DNA from: Staphylococcus phage vB_SurM-PSU4
Sequence record: OL436245.1
Direction: 5' to 3' (one strand)
DNA length: 64,000 bases
In this document: piece by piece, positions 9,738-20,142 of the stretch
Position numbering within the stretch: position 1 is the first letter of the stretch
Layout of the letters: every line of letters begins with the position of its first letter
Notes under the pieces: model-generated
What the model was told of the DNA's origin: nothing
The model's database searches: none
Seen by the model: only the letters and a program-made list of their open reading frames with translations
Made by a program: the position numbers and the translations under genes

Positions 9738-11282
9738 GTGGATAAGCAAGAAGTACTTAAATATTTAAAAGAAAACAGTAAGCAAAGATTATTTAATATA
9801 AGAACTAAGAAATTACTAGCTGAAAAATTAAGTATCTCTATACCTATATTAAATAGTAGACTAAAACAACTAGAAGAAGAGAATAAGATTAAAGTAGAAA
9901 AGAAGAAACAAGGTTTAGATATTATTATTAATACAGAAGTAGACCTTCAATATTTTCTCAATACTAATGAAAATATTATCGAATCTGATAGTGATTATGC
10001 AAAAGACTTGAGGTCTAGGGTATTTTACAGAAAAGAGAATAAGAGAACACCTAAAGAACAAGTTGTCTTTGATTCGATTACAGATGAGGAAAGAAAAATA
10101 ATTCAAGAAATGAACTTTAGAATGAGATATAGTAGATTTCCAACCAAAGAAGTCTTTGAAGTATCCTCTGACCCAGAGAAACATTTTAAGACTTATATAC
10201 TCTCGAAAATATATGATAAACTTTGTACAATACACTTAAAGGTTAGAAAAAGAAAGTTTAAAGAACAAACAGAGAAAGCAATTAAGAATAATGAATCACC
10301 AGAATACATTTCTTCTTTAGAAGCTAAATCTAATTATTATGCAAAACAAGTTGTTAAGTACGAAAGACAACAAACTCTTAATGATGATTTCTTTGGTAAC
10401 ACAACTTATGGTTATTTCCTATACCTGTATCATCTATCTTATGAAATAGATATAATTAAATTTATGATAAATGTATTTAGTACACATAGTTTTATGTTTG
10501 AGCAAGGTAAAGAAGATAAACCTGTACCTCAACCTGTAGAGTTTACAGAACAAAGAAAGATAGATAATTATTATAAATATCTGGATGCAATTAGAAATCG
10601 TATGAATAGTGATAATAGACAACTCACTAACTACACACAACGAATGAATAGTGAAGTTGAATATAATGAAGATACAATCTTACAACAATTAAAGCTATTA
10701 TTAATTAAAGACTATCATCATTTAACTTATGATATTAATACAGTATTTAATGTAGCTATGGATTTAGAAGATTATCAAATGGGTTTAATCGAGCAGAAAC
10801 AACAACACTTACTTAATTATTACCAAACGTTCAAAGAAGAAATAAAACAATTTGAACAAGAGGACAAAGAAAAGATAGATAGGTTTGTTAAGCTACTAAT
10901 TATAGATAGTTATGCACCTAAAACAATTACTAATACTTATAGATTATCTATGTTCCCTCTACAAAGAATGTATTTAATTGATTTAATTCTTTCAGAACAA
11001 ACTAGAGCTTTATCTGTAGCACATCTAAGAAGGATAGGATTAATCCGACCTCTTAATAACAACGTCTTAGAGATTGAAGGTTTGACTGATACTGAAGCAG
11101 ATATACGATTAGGAGCAGACTTTGTAAATGCACATAATGATATTATAGACTATAATACTTTAAGGATGTTTGGTTACTACACAGGGTTAGATATAGATAT
11201 GAGAGAAATAAAACACATACTGGAAAAATATAATAAAAAACATTTGATTCCACTTACAAAGTATGGTATGTTAAATATATAG
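9738..11282 (+). CDS. Putative replication initiation / DNA-binding protein (Rep-like, 514 aa)
   Basis: GTG start. The N-terminal ~60 aa look like a winged helix. It sits between the two helicases, as the Rep gene does in Twort-like phages. This functional call is by synteny only. Confidence 0.6.
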   Translation: MDKQEVLKYLKENSKQRLFNIRTKKLLAEKLSISIPILNSRLKQLEEENKIKVEKKKQGLDIIINTEVDLQYFLNTNENIIESDSDYAKDLRSRVFYRKENKRTPKEQVVFDSITDEERKIIQEMNFRMRYSRFPTKEVFEVSSDPEKHFKTYILSKIYDKLCTIHLKVRKRKFKEQTEKAIKNNESPEYISSLEAKSNYYAKQVVKYERQQTLNDDFFGNTTYGYFLYLYHLSYEIDIIKFMINVFSTHSFMFEQGKEDKPVPQPVEFTEQRKIDNYYKYLDAIRNRMNSDNRQLTNYTQRMNSEVEYNEDTILQQLKLLLIKDYHHLTYDINTVFNVAMDLEDYQMGLIEQKQQHLLNYYQTFKEEIKQFEQEDKEKIDRFVKLLIIDSYAPKTITNTYRLSMFPLQRMYLIDLILSEQTRALSVAHLRRIGLIRPLNNNVLEIEGLTDTEADIRLGADFVNAHNDIIDYNTLRMFGYYTGLDIDMREIKHILEKYNKKHLIPLTKYGMLNI

Positions 11283-11297
11283 GAAAGGAGTACTAAG

Positions 11298-12743
11298 ATG
11301 AGTAAAACGATTAAAGATTCTATCTTAAGTAAATCTATTAAAGATATTGGGTTTGCGAAGGATGTTCTTACAACTTTACCTGGTAAGCTATTTACAGATA
11401 ATGATAATATGAGTACAATATTTACAGTTCTTAAAAGAAATGCTGTGACTAACTCTGAACCATTATCTCAGCAAGCATTATCAGCTAAGATTGAAGAACT
11501 ATTAGATAGAAGTAAAAAAGACCCTGAAGAAGTAACACAAACAATCCAATATTTAGATGGCTTATATAATGTTGAAGTAGATAGTCAAGATAAAGGATTA
11601 AATAAAGAGATAGAGAGATATGTTAAAACAGAATTATCTAAAAATGCTCTAGCTAAATTCTTATCTGAAAACAAACAAGAAGATTCAGAGAACTTGAATG
11701 AACTTATAGATGAGTTAAAACAAATAGACATTAAAGATATAGCAGGAACAAATGGTTCTTTTATTGACTTCTTTAATGATGTAGATAAAAAACGTGAACT
11801 ATTAAATACAATCAATCAAAATAAATTCTCTACAGGTTATCATGCTTTAGATAGAGAAATCGAAGGTGGGATTGCAAGAGGGGAAGTTGGAGTATTCATT
11901 GCACCTACAGGTAAAGGTAAATCTTTCTTTGCTTCTAACTTAGCAAGAAATTATGTTAAGCAAGGACTTAATGTTTTATATGTAGCATTAGAGGAATTAG
12001 AAAACAGATTAGTACTAAGAGCAGAGCAACAATTTGCTGGTATAGATAAGAAGACTTTAATGAACTCTGAGATGCAACTGAACGAAGACTTATTTGAAGG
12101 TATCCAAAGTATTTATAAAAGAGATGGACATATGTTTGGTGATTATTATATTGCTAAATACCAACCTAATGAACTTTCAATTGGTAACTTGGAACAATTG
12201 ATTATAGATACAACGATTAAAAAAGGTAAAAATATAGATGTAGTTGTAATTGACTATCCTAAACTTATGAGAAACCAATTTGATAGATACTATGATATAA
12301 GTGAGTCAGGTGGTAAGATGTTTGAAGAAATACGAAGTCTAGCACAGAAATATGATTTTGTATGTTGGACACTAGCTCAAACAAATAGAACTGCATATAG
12401 TGCAGAAGTAATTACAAGTGAACATGTAGAAGGTTCTAGGAAAATACTTAACACTGTAGAAGTAGCTTTAGTTCTTAACCAAACAAGTGAGGAATTTAAA
12501 TCTGGATTTATGAGACTTTATCTAGATAAAGTTCGTAACGGTACAAGAACAGGAGACCCATTCGTACATCTGAAAGTAGAACCAGAGAAAATGAGAATTA
12601 GAGATGAGACTGAAGATGAATTAATTGAACATAAATCCTTAATTAATGATTCAGACAGCAAACCGAATAACAGTAAATTTGAGAAGACTGAAAATAAAAG
12701 AGAAGCTTTAAATAATAAATTCGGAGGTATGTCCATTGGATGA
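11298..12743 (+). CDS. DnaB-like replicative helicase (RecA-fold C-terminal domain)
   Basis: Walker A IAPTGKGKSF, Walker B VVVIDY, and TLAQTNR. Strong RBS GGAAAGGAG. Confidence 0.85.
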   Translation: MSKTIKDSILSKSIKDIGFAKDVLTTLPGKLFTDNDNMSTIFTVLKRNAVTNSEPLSQQALSAKIEELLDRSKKDPEEVTQTIQYLDGLYNVEVDSQDKGLNKEIERYVKTELSKNALAKFLSENKQEDSENLNELIDELKQIDIKDIAGTNGSFIDFFNDVDKKRELLNTINQNKFSTGYHALDREIEGGIARGEVGVFIAPTGKGKSFFASNLARNYVKQGLNVLYVALEELENRLVLRAEQQFAGIDKKTLMNSEMQLNEDLFEGIQSIYKRDGHMFGDYYIAKYQPNELSIGNLEQLIIDTTIKKGKNIDVVVIDYPKLMRNQFDRYYDISESGGKMFEEIRSLAQKYDFVCWTLAQTNRTAYSAEVITSEHVEGSRKILNTVEVALVLNQTSEEFKSGFMRLYLDKVRNGTRTGDPFVHLKVEPEKMRIRDETEDELIEHKSLINDSDSKPNNSKFEKTENKREALNNKFGGMSIG

Positions 12744-13008
12744 TTTTAAAAAGATTTATAAAAAAGCAAGACGTATATTCACAAGACACAAAGCAACATG
12801 GGAAGATAAAGGGAATATTAAAGCTTTTTATTTAAAAGGTACAAGTATAGGAGTAATTGACTTAGATGAGTCGGCTAAACTACAAGGTAAAGAAGGGAAC
12901 CCTTCAGGTTATAAATACAATGTTATGTCTGATAAAAAGCCTGCAATACCTTGTAATTCTCTAGATGAGGTAATAGAAGCTATAGAAATAAAATTAAAAG
13001 AAAAATAA
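12736..13008 (+). CDS. Hypothetical protein (90 aa)
   Basis: ORF overlapping the upstream stop. Coding-like composition. Confidence 0.55.
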   Translation: MDDFKKIYKKARRIFTRHKATWEDKGNIKAFYLKGTSIGVIDLDESAKLQGKEGNPSGYKYNVMSDKKPAIPCNSLDEVIEAIEIKLKEK

Positions 13009-13011
13009 TTT

Positions 13012-13050
13012 AAACTACCTATTGACTTAGGTAGTTTTTTATTGTATAAT
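13012..13050 (+). promoter_or_regulatory. Fused terminator and promoter: hairpin AAACTACCT/AGGTAGTTT with TTGACT in the loop, a T-run, then TATAAT
   Basis: TTGACT at 13022-13027, 17-bp spacer, TATAAT at 13045-13050. The stem is followed by TTTTTT. Confidence 0.55.
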
Positions 13051-13082
13051 GATATTATAAACAAATAAAGGAGAAGTTATAT

Positions 13083-13421
13083 ATGGATATTACTTACATA
13101 AAAGAATTACCAGAGGAAAGTATCGAAAGTTTGATAGAAACATTAGAAGGTGCAATTGATATTGTACTAGACGAACAAAAAGGTGAAGAGGATGAATACA
13201 ATTTAGTAAAACTAGAAATGACAATTAAAGTATTAGAAGGTATTAAAAAAGGAGAAGACTTTGTTGATACATGGTATACAGAAGGATGGGAATATGCACA
13301 CTTTGTACCTAGAGTACTAGATGAAATGGGGATATTCCACTTGGAAGAAAAACTAAATAACAGTTCAGAAACAATTGTATGCACAATGTATTTAAATATT
13401 GACAATGACCAAGTATTATAG
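13083..13421 (+). CDS. Hypothetical acidic protein (112 aa)
   Basis: RBS AAAGGAGAAG. Confidence 0.6.
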   Translation: MDITYIKELPEESIESLIETLEGAIDIVLDEQKGEEDEYNLVKLEMTIKVLEGIKKGEDFVDTWYTEGWEYAHFVPRVLDEMGIFHLEEKLNNSSETIVCTMYLNIDNDQVL

Positions 13422-13459
13422 TATACTTGGTTTACAAACAAAAAAAGGAGAGATTTATA

Positions 13460-13741
13460 ATGAGAAATTTTGACCCAATAATTAACTTTAGATTTTTTAA
13501 TAGTAGTAAACCAGAAGGATATGTAGTATTTCTAACAAGTGAGTCAGAAAATAAAGGGATGACAATTGAAGTAGCAAGTCCAGAAGATAGAGTGTTTGAG
13601 CTTGAATATAAACCAAATACAATTATTTTAACAGATAACAATAATAAAATAACTACTTATGTAAATGATGTAGATACTTCATCTGACGAACTAGAAAAAC
13701 ATATACACAAACTTGTTGAAGAGGATTTGGAGGATAAATAA
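13460..13741 (+). CDS. Hypothetical protein (93 aa)
   Basis: ATG at 13460 follows AAAAAAGGAGAG; the track's start at 13427 has no RBS. Confidence 0.55.
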   Translation: MRNFDPIINFRFFNSSKPEGYVVFLTSESENKGMTIEVASPEDRVFELEYKPNTIILTDNNNKITTYVNDVDTSSDELEKHIHKLVEEDLEDK

Positions 13742-14766
13742 TGAAATTTATATTTTTTACTGATAGTCATTTTCATTTATTTACAAACTATGCAAAACCT
13801 GATGAATATTATGTAAATGATAGATTTAAAGAGCAAATAGAGGCATTACAGAAAGTGTTTAATATTGCTAGAGAAGAAAAAGCTAAAGTTATATTTGGAG
13901 GAGATTTGTTCCACAAACGTAATTCAGTAGATACTAGAGTGTATAACAAGGTCTTTGAAATATTTGCTAATAATCAAGACATTAAAGTTTATATGGTTAG
14001 AGGTAATCATGATGCTGTAAGTAACTCACTATACACTGATTCAAGTATAGATATATTTGAAACTTTACCTAATGTAGAAGTAGCTAAAACATTAAGAAGT
14101 GAACCTTTAAGCTCAAAGGTACAGTTAACGATGTGTGCTTATGGGGATGAGACAGAAGAGATTAAAGAATTTATTAAAGATAGCTACCAAGAAGGTAAAG
14201 TAAATATTCTAGTAGGACACTTAGGTGTAGAGGGTTCTCTGACAGGAAAGGGTTCACACAGACTTGAAGGTGCATTTGGTTATCAAGACTTATTACCTGA
14301 TAATTATGCTTTTATTCTATTAGGTCACTACCATAGAAGACAGTATTTCATTAATCCTAATCATTTTTATGGGGGTTCTTTATTACAACAATCCTTCTCA
14401 GATGAACAAGAGTCTAATGGGGTACACTTAATAGATACAGATAAATTAACTACTGAATTCATACCTTTAGATACACGTAAGTTCATTACAATACAAGGAG
14501 ATAATGTTCCTGATAATATTGATGAGCTTGTAGAAAAAGGAAACTTTATTCGTTTTATAGGGACACCTGAACAAGCTAAACAAATTAATTTAAATAAAGA
14601 ACAAGAAGATAATATTGAAGTTCAAGTTAAAAAAGAGTATACCGTAGAAAAACGTATTGATAGTGATGTATCAGATGACCCATTAACAATTGCAGAAGCA
14701 TATGCTAAACAATTCACACCAGAAGCTAAGAAAGAAATAATAGAATGTCTTAAGGAGGTTCTATAA
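13741..14766 (+). CDS. Mre11/SbcD-like recombination exonuclease (calcineurin-like phosphoesterase)
   Basis: Motifs DSHFH, GGDLFH, GNHD, GHLG and GHYH. Confidence 0.85.
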   Translation: MKFIFFTDSHFHLFTNYAKPDEYYVNDRFKEQIEALQKVFNIAREEKAKVIFGGDLFHKRNSVDTRVYNKVFEIFANNQDIKVYMVRGNHDAVSNSLYTDSSIDIFETLPNVEVAKTLRSEPLSSKVQLTMCAYGDETEEIKEFIKDSYQEGKVNILVGHLGVEGSLTGKGSHRLEGAFGYQDLLPDNYAFILLGHYHRRQYFINPNHFYGGSLLQQSFSDEQESNGVHLIDTDKLTTEFIPLDTRKFITIQGDNVPDNIDELVEKGNFIRFIGTPEQAKQINLNKEQEDNIEVQVKKEYTVEKRIDSDVSDDPLTIAEAYAKQFTPEAKKEIIECLKEVL

Positions 14767-15128
14767 TGAAAAAATATATTAATGGTTTAGAAGAATATAA
14801 ATTGGATAAAGATGATTTAACTCAAGACTTAATTGACTATGTAGAAAATACAAGACCTAAAACGAATTATTTAGATATTAGAAATGTATATCAAGAAGAC
14901 TTATTCTTAAATAAGTCTATCTTACAATTTGAAGAATCAGACGGAAGTAGAGTAAATATATGTAATGTTATAGATTTAGAAGATGGAATGAATAAAATGA
15001 AAAAGATTTTCAAAGATAGTGGTTTTGAGAAAAACTATTACAATAGAATTATAGAATATGATGATTACTATAAAATTGATTATGGTTCTCACCGATGTTT
15101 CTTTATTGTGACTAAGGAGGTTCTATAA
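14766..15128 (+). CDS. Hypothetical protein (120 aa)
   Basis: Translationally coupled between sbcD and sbcC (ATGA overlaps). Confidence 0.6.
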   Translation: MKKYINGLEEYKLDKDDLTQDLIDYVENTRPKTNYLDIRNVYQEDLFLNKSILQFEESDGSRVNICNVIDLEDGMNKMKKIFKDSGFEKNYYNRIIEYDDYYKIDYGSHRCFFIVTKEVL

Positions 15129-17038
15129 TGGTTCGATTTAAAAAAGTTGAGATGCAAAACTTCATGGCAATTAAGGAAGCTACTTTAGAATTAGATAATA
15201 GAGGTTTGATTCTAATAGAAGGTGAGAATAAAACAAATGAATCCTTTCATTCTAATGGGGCTAGTAAATCATCTTTAGTATCTTCTATTACTTATGCTCT
15301 TTATGGTAAAACAGAAAAAGGTTTAAAAGCAGATGATGTTGTAAATAATAAGATAGGTAAAAACACATATGTTAAACTTTACTTTGATATTGGAGAAGAC
15401 CATTATCGTATTGAAAGATACCGTAAAGATAAAGAAAATAAGAATAAAGTTAAACTATTCCTAAACGATAAAGATATTACAGGTTCTACAAATGATGTGA
15501 CAGATAAACAAATACAAGAATTATTTGGTATAGATTTTAATACTTACCTTAACTCTATCATATATGGTCAAGGGGATATTCCTATGTTTTCTCAAGCCAC
15601 TGACAAAGGTAAAAAGGAAATTTTAGAATCTATTACTAAAACAGATATTTATAAAGAAGCTCAAGAAGTAGCTAAAGAGAAATATAAAGAAGTAGAAGAA
15701 AAACAAAACAACCTAGAACAAGAAATTGAAAAAGTAGGTTATAAAAAAGAATTAACTGAACAACAATTCCAAAAAGACTTAGCACAATATCAAGAAGTTA
15801 AAAAGAAACAAGAAGAAGAACAAAAATATATTGAAGAACAAACAAATATTATAACTCAAGAGAGACAAAGATACAGTGAAGCTATAGAAAAAGTAAAGGA
15901 GCAGATACCAAAAGTTCATACTGAAGAATATATCTTCACAGACAAATACAACCTTTGTTCTGAAGGTATAGATAAACTAAATAAAGCTCTCAAAGAAACA
16001 CTTGAACCTGAACAAGAGGATTTAATAGAACAGCAAAAAGCAATACATTTTAATACTGTTATGACTAAAGATAACTTAGAGAAATTAGATACAAGTGATA
16101 CTTGTCCAGTATGTGGTTCACCTATAGATAACTCTCATAAGATAAAAGAGCAAGAAAAGATGAATGAGACAATATCTAGTCAAGAGAAACAAGAAGAAGA
16201 ATTGCAAAAACAAATAAATCAGTATGCAGAGAAAATAATAACTGTTAAAGATAAGATAGATGAATTGAGACAATTACAGGTTCAGGAAGAACAACAAAAA
16301 GAACAACTCGAAAAAGAGAATAGAGAAAAACTACAAAACCAACAGCAATACTATGATAAAATTTCTCAATTAGAAAGAGAAATGAATCGATTACAAGTAC
16401 CCCAAGCAAATGATTATTCCTATATTAAGGAACCTAATCAAGAAGAACATCAAAAAGAAATAAAAGAATTAGAAAAAACTATTGACAACTATAAGGAAGA
16501 TATAGTACAATTAGAAAGTAAGAAACAAAGATATAACCAAGCAGTTAATGCTTTTAGTAATAAAGGTATTCGTTCCGTAGTCTTAGACTTCATTACACCT
16601 TTCTTAAATGAAAAAGCAAATGAATATTTACAAACTTTATCAGGTTCAGGAATAGAAATAGAATTCCAAACACAAGTAGAAAATGCTAAAGGAGAACTTA
16701 AAGATAAGTTTGATGTTATTGTTAATAATAGTAAAGGTGGAAGTTCTTACAAGTCTAACTCAGCAGGAGAACAAAAACGAATTGATATTGCTATAAGCTT
16801 TGCAATACAGGACTTAATAATGAGTAAGGAAGAAATATCAACAAATATTGCACTCTATGATGAAGTATTTGATGGTTTAGATGCAATAGGTTGTGAGAAT
16901 GTTATTAAACTACTTAAAGATAGATTGAATATTGTAAGTACAATATTTGTCATTACTCATAATGAAAATCTTAAGAGTTTGTTTGATAATACAATTAAAG
17001 TAATAAAAGAAGAAGGAATATCAAGACTGGAGGATTAA
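15128..17038 (+). CDS. Rad50/SbcC-like ATPase
   Basis: N-terminal P-loop NGASKSS, a central coiled coil with a CPVCGS zinc hook, an SAGEQ signature motif, a DEVFDGLD Walker B/D-loop and an ITHNE H-loop. Confidence 0.85.
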   Translation: MVRFKKVEMQNFMAIKEATLELDNRGLILIEGENKTNESFHSNGASKSSLVSSITYALYGKTEKGLKADDVVNNKIGKNTYVKLYFDIGEDHYRIERYRKDKENKNKVKLFLNDKDITGSTNDVTDKQIQELFGIDFNTYLNSIIYGQGDIPMFSQATDKGKKEILESITKTDIYKEAQEVAKEKYKEVEEKQNNLEQEIEKVGYKKELTEQQFQKDLAQYQEVKKKQEEEQKYIEEQTNIITQERQRYSEAIEKVKEQIPKVHTEEYIFTDKYNLCSEGIDKLNKALKETLEPEQEDLIEQQKAIHFNTVMTKDNLEKLDTSDTCPVCGSPIDNSHKIKEQEKMNETISSQEKQEEELQKQINQYAEKIITVKDKIDELRQLQVQEEQQKEQLEKENREKLQNQQQYYDKISQLEREMNRLQVPQANDYSYIKEPNQEEHQKEIKELEKTIDNYKEDIVQLESKKQRYNQAVNAFSNKGIRSVVLDFITPFLNEKANEYLQTLSGSGIEIEFQTQVENAKGELKDKFDVIVNNSKGGSSYKSNSAGEQKRIDIAISFAIQDLIMSKEEISTNIALYDEVFDGLDAIGCENVIKLLKDRLNIVSTIFVITHNENLKSLFDNTIKVIKEEGISRLED

Positions 17039-17041
17039 TTA

Positions 17042-17680
17042 GTGAAATTAGTAATTAAAGATAGGGAAAATAGTTATTTGAAATGTAGATATAAGAATTC
17101 AGAGGATAAAATTATTAAGGTTAACTTGGATAATTTAATTGAATGGTATCCATTAAGTTTAGCATATGATTTGAAAATAAGTAATACAGGTGATAAAATA
17201 CAACTATGTAGATTAACTTCTACATTACCTAAACACTATAAAGAAACAGACACTTACTTAGTAGATGAACAAGATTATACTGAATACTTTACATTTGATA
17301 GTGTGAAAGAAGATAACCTTAAACTTAAAGAAAGAGCAAAGGAATTTGATATTACATTCATCGATGAAGACTTTGATATAGAAAAAGTATTAATGAACTT
17401 TGCTAAGATTAGAATGATTTTTGAAAAAGTTAATTTAATTGTATTAGAGAAATATAAAGAGACTTTAAATAATAAACAATTAAAGAGATTAATTGATAAT
17501 GATTTAACGACACAAATTGATAGAGCTCTAAGTAAGAGTGATGATACTTTAAACAATGCTTATGATGAATTAGGACAGTTATACAACATGTCTGTTATTA
17601 TGAAGAAAATTGCAAGTATTGGAAAAGGGATAGGATATAAAGATAGACTTGAAAGTCTACAGTATATGTTAAAGGAATGA
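17042..17680 (+). CDS. Hypothetical protein (212 aa); its position matches the gene annotated as putative anti-sigma factor in Twort-like phages
   Basis: GTG start. No recognisable motif. The anti-sigma-factor call is by synteny only. Confidence 0.55.
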   Translation: MKLVIKDRENSYLKCRYKNSEDKIIKVNLDNLIEWYPLSLAYDLKISNTGDKIQLCRLTSTLPKHYKETDTYLVDEQDYTEYFTFDSVKEDNLKLKERAKEFDITFIDEDFDIEKVLMNFAKIRMIFEKVNLIVLEKYKETLNNKQLKRLIDNDLTTQIDRALSKSDDTLNNAYDELGQLYNMSVIMKKIASIGKGIGYKDRLESLQYMLKE

Positions 17681-17684
17681 TTAT

Positions 17685-18746
17685 ATGAGATTTGAAGAAT
17701 TTTTACAAGGTACTTTAGGTGCACCCTTAGAAAGTACAGTAGGGGAATTAAGATATAATTGTCCTTTCTGTTCAGATACAAAGAAACGTTTCTATGTTAA
17801 ACAATCTTTAGATTCTAAGAATGGACAATACATTTGTTTTAATTGTGGTGAAACAGGAAATCCTATTACATTTATGAAACAATATTATAACGTTGATAGT
17901 AGAAATGCAGTAAAACTATTAGAACAAAATAATATTGAAATAGACATGGATAAAACAATTAAGTTTGATAATAGTCTATCAGATAGTGAAAAGTTAATAC
18001 TTCTACTAAGAGGTGTAGAACCTGAAGAATATGAAGTTAAAAAGAAGCCACCTAAACTACCTTTTAATTATAAATTCTTATCTCAAAACTTATATAATAA
18101 AGAAGCTGTTCCTTTTCTAAGGTACCTAAATAGTAGAGGGGTTACACTACAGCAAATTATCGAACATAATATTGCTTATACTATAGAGTCTAAATGTTAT
18201 AAGTCAGATAATATTCAAACCTTTACTTTCTACAATAGTTTAATATTCTTTACGTATAATGCACAAGGTGAATACGTTTATTGGAATACAAGAAGTATTA
18301 TCCCAACCAAGATGAAAACTATTAATGCACCTGCAAGTGATGAACAGTATGGTAAGAAAGATGTTTTGTTTAATTTTAATAAAGCTAAAGACCAAAGAAT
18401 GTTAATTATAACTGAGGGTGTTTTTGATGCACTAACATTTCATCAATACGGTATAGCTACATTCGGTAAAGCAGTATCTGATAATCAAATTAAATTGATT
18501 AAAAAATATGTAAAACCAGACACAGATATTTATTTAATGCTAGATAGTGATGCTTATAAGTACAATGTAAAAGTAGCTAGAGAATTATTTAAGAAGTTTC
18601 CAAATACTTATGTTGTACCTCATGGAGAGGAAGACCCAAACGATTTAGGTACTGAGAAAGCTTTTCAATTAATTAAAGACAAAAGAATTAAAGCAACACC
18701 AGAAGGATTAACAAATTATGAAATTCAACAAAAACTTATAAATTAA
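17685..18746 (+). CDS. DNA primase (zinc finger plus Toprim)
   Basis: Zinc finger CPFCSD...CFNCGE, Toprim motifs ITEGVFDALT and DSDAYK. Confidence 0.85.
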   Translation: MRFEEFLQGTLGAPLESTVGELRYNCPFCSDTKKRFYVKQSLDSKNGQYICFNCGETGNPITFMKQYYNVDSRNAVKLLEQNNIEIDMDKTIKFDNSLSDSEKLILLLRGVEPEEYEVKKKPPKLPFNYKFLSQNLYNKEAVPFLRYLNSRGVTLQQIIEHNIAYTIESKCYKSDNIQTFTFYNSLIFFTYNAQGEYVYWNTRSIIPTKMKTINAPASDEQYGKKDVLFNFNKAKDQRMLIITEGVFDALTFHQYGIATFGKAVSDNQIKLIKKYVKPDTDIYLMLDSDAYKYNVKVARELFKKFPNTYVVPHGEEDPNDLGTEKAFQLIKDKRIKATPEGLTNYEIQQKLIN

Positions 18747-18750
18747 GCTT

Positions 18751-18782
18751 GTTAAATACAAGATATTGTGGTATAATGAATA
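18751..18782 (+). promoter_or_regulatory. Promoter with extended -10 (TTGTTA ... TGgTATAAT)
   Basis: Sequence GCTTGTTAAATACAAGATATTGTGGTATAATG. Confidence 0.5.
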
Positions 18783-18806
18783 TATCGACACAAGGAGGAA
18801 ATGTAG

Positions 18807-19124
18807 ATGGAAGAGAAAGAAAGTATTTTAAATTATATTGATAAAGTTATTCATAGTATGACAATGAAAGATAAACAAGACTATGAAGAAACTTTAAAAG
18901 AAGGTAGAGATATTACTGTTACACGAGAAGAATTAGCATTAGTTGTAACTAACTTAATTCGTAACATTGATACACAAATGACTAATACAGAAGATGGGTT
19001 AGTTGAAGATTTAAACATAATGATTGAATCTATGATTGACACAGGAATTATTACAGAAGATACTGTAGAAGAGATGCAAAATAAAATTTATGAAAATAAA
19101 CAAAAAGTAGAGGAGAATGAATAA
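18807..19124 (+). CDS. Hypothetical acidic protein (105 aa)
   Basis: RBS AAGGAGG. Confidence 0.6.
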   Translation: MEEKESILNYIDKVIHSMTMKDKQDYEETLKEGRDITVTREELALVVTNLIRNIDTQMTNTEDGLVEDLNIMIESMIDTGIITEDTVEEMQNKIYENKQKVEENE

Positions 19125-19519
19125 TGGCTGAAGAAAAACAAATTAGTGAACAAGACTTAAGAATGTGGGTAGAATTTATTACGTTTGGTAAAGTAGAAGG
19201 TAAAGAACCTTCTGAAAAACAAGTAAAACAATTAGAACGTTTATCTAAGAGAACAGTAAACTTAGCTGATGCTTCTACAATTGCACAGTACTTAGTAAGA
19301 CTAGAAACTCAAAGTGATATTAATAACTTAACAGCAATGTTAGACTCAGTATTCTTTATTTTACGTGATAAAATTAATGTAACTACAGAAGATATTGAAA
19401 GAGCTCTTGATGAAAGAGAGAAAGAAATCCAAGAGAAATTCAAAGAAGACCAAGAAGCAGAAGAAAAAGAAAATAAATCTGATGAGAAAGTTGTCCAATT
19501 CAAGAAAGACGATAAATAA
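19124..19519 (+). CDS. Hypothetical protein (131 aa)
   Basis: Start overlaps the upstream stop (ATAATG). Confidence 0.6.
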   Translation: MAEEKQISEQDLRMWVEFITFGKVEGKEPSEKQVKQLERLSKRTVNLADASTIAQYLVRLETQSDINNLTAMLDSVFFILRDKINVTTEDIERALDEREKEIQEKFKEDQEAEEKENKSDEKVVQFKKDDK

Positions 19520-20127
19520 TGGTTAATAGTAAACAAAAAGGTAATACTTTCGAGAGAAAGATTGCTAAAGTCCTTGGTGATTGGTGGGGGTTCAAGTTTT
19601 CTAGAACTCCGCAATCAGGAGGTTCTCATTGGTTAGCTGATAATAATGCGGTAGGGGATATAGTTGCTCCTCCGCAAGCTAACTTTCCATTAGTAATAGA
19701 ATGTAAGCATAGAGAAAATTGGACAATAGAAAATATAATGCTTAATAACAAAGACCCACATACTTGGTGGGAGCAAGTAATCACTGATTCAAATAGAATA
19801 GGTAAAGCTCCTTGTTTGATATTTACAAGGAATAGAGCTAACACATTTGTAGCATTACCATACATTGAAAGTGTATATGAAGATGTAAGAGACACAGGTG
19901 AGCCTATCATGAGAACGGATTTCATTACTGAAAATATAAGAAAAGATAAACAATATTTTGATGTAATGATAATGACCATTGATACGTTGACCAGTTTTAA
20001 GACCTCCTATATTAAATATCACTATGACGATTTTAAGCCTGAACCTTATAAAGTGATAGAAAGTGAAACTACAAAAGATAATAAAGATGAGGACAAGGCT
20101 ATAGAAAATATTATGGATAAATTATAA
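19519..20127 (+). CDS. Holliday-junction resolvase (Hjc-like, archaeal type)
   Basis: N-terminal KGNTFERKIAKVL...SGGS...GDIV resembles the Hjc/PD-(D/E)xK resolvase signature (E-x-K: IECKH). Confidence 0.55.
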   Translation: MVNSKQKGNTFERKIAKVLGDWWGFKFSRTPQSGGSHWLADNNAVGDIVAPPQANFPLVIECKHRENWTIENIMLNNKDPHTWWEQVITDSNRIGKAPCLIFTRNRANTFVALPYIESVYEDVRDTGEPIMRTDFITENIRKDKQYFDVMIMTIDTLTSFKTSYIKYHYDDFKPEPYKVIESETTKDNKDEDKAIENIMDKL

Positions 20128-20142
20128 GGAGAATGTTTAATA

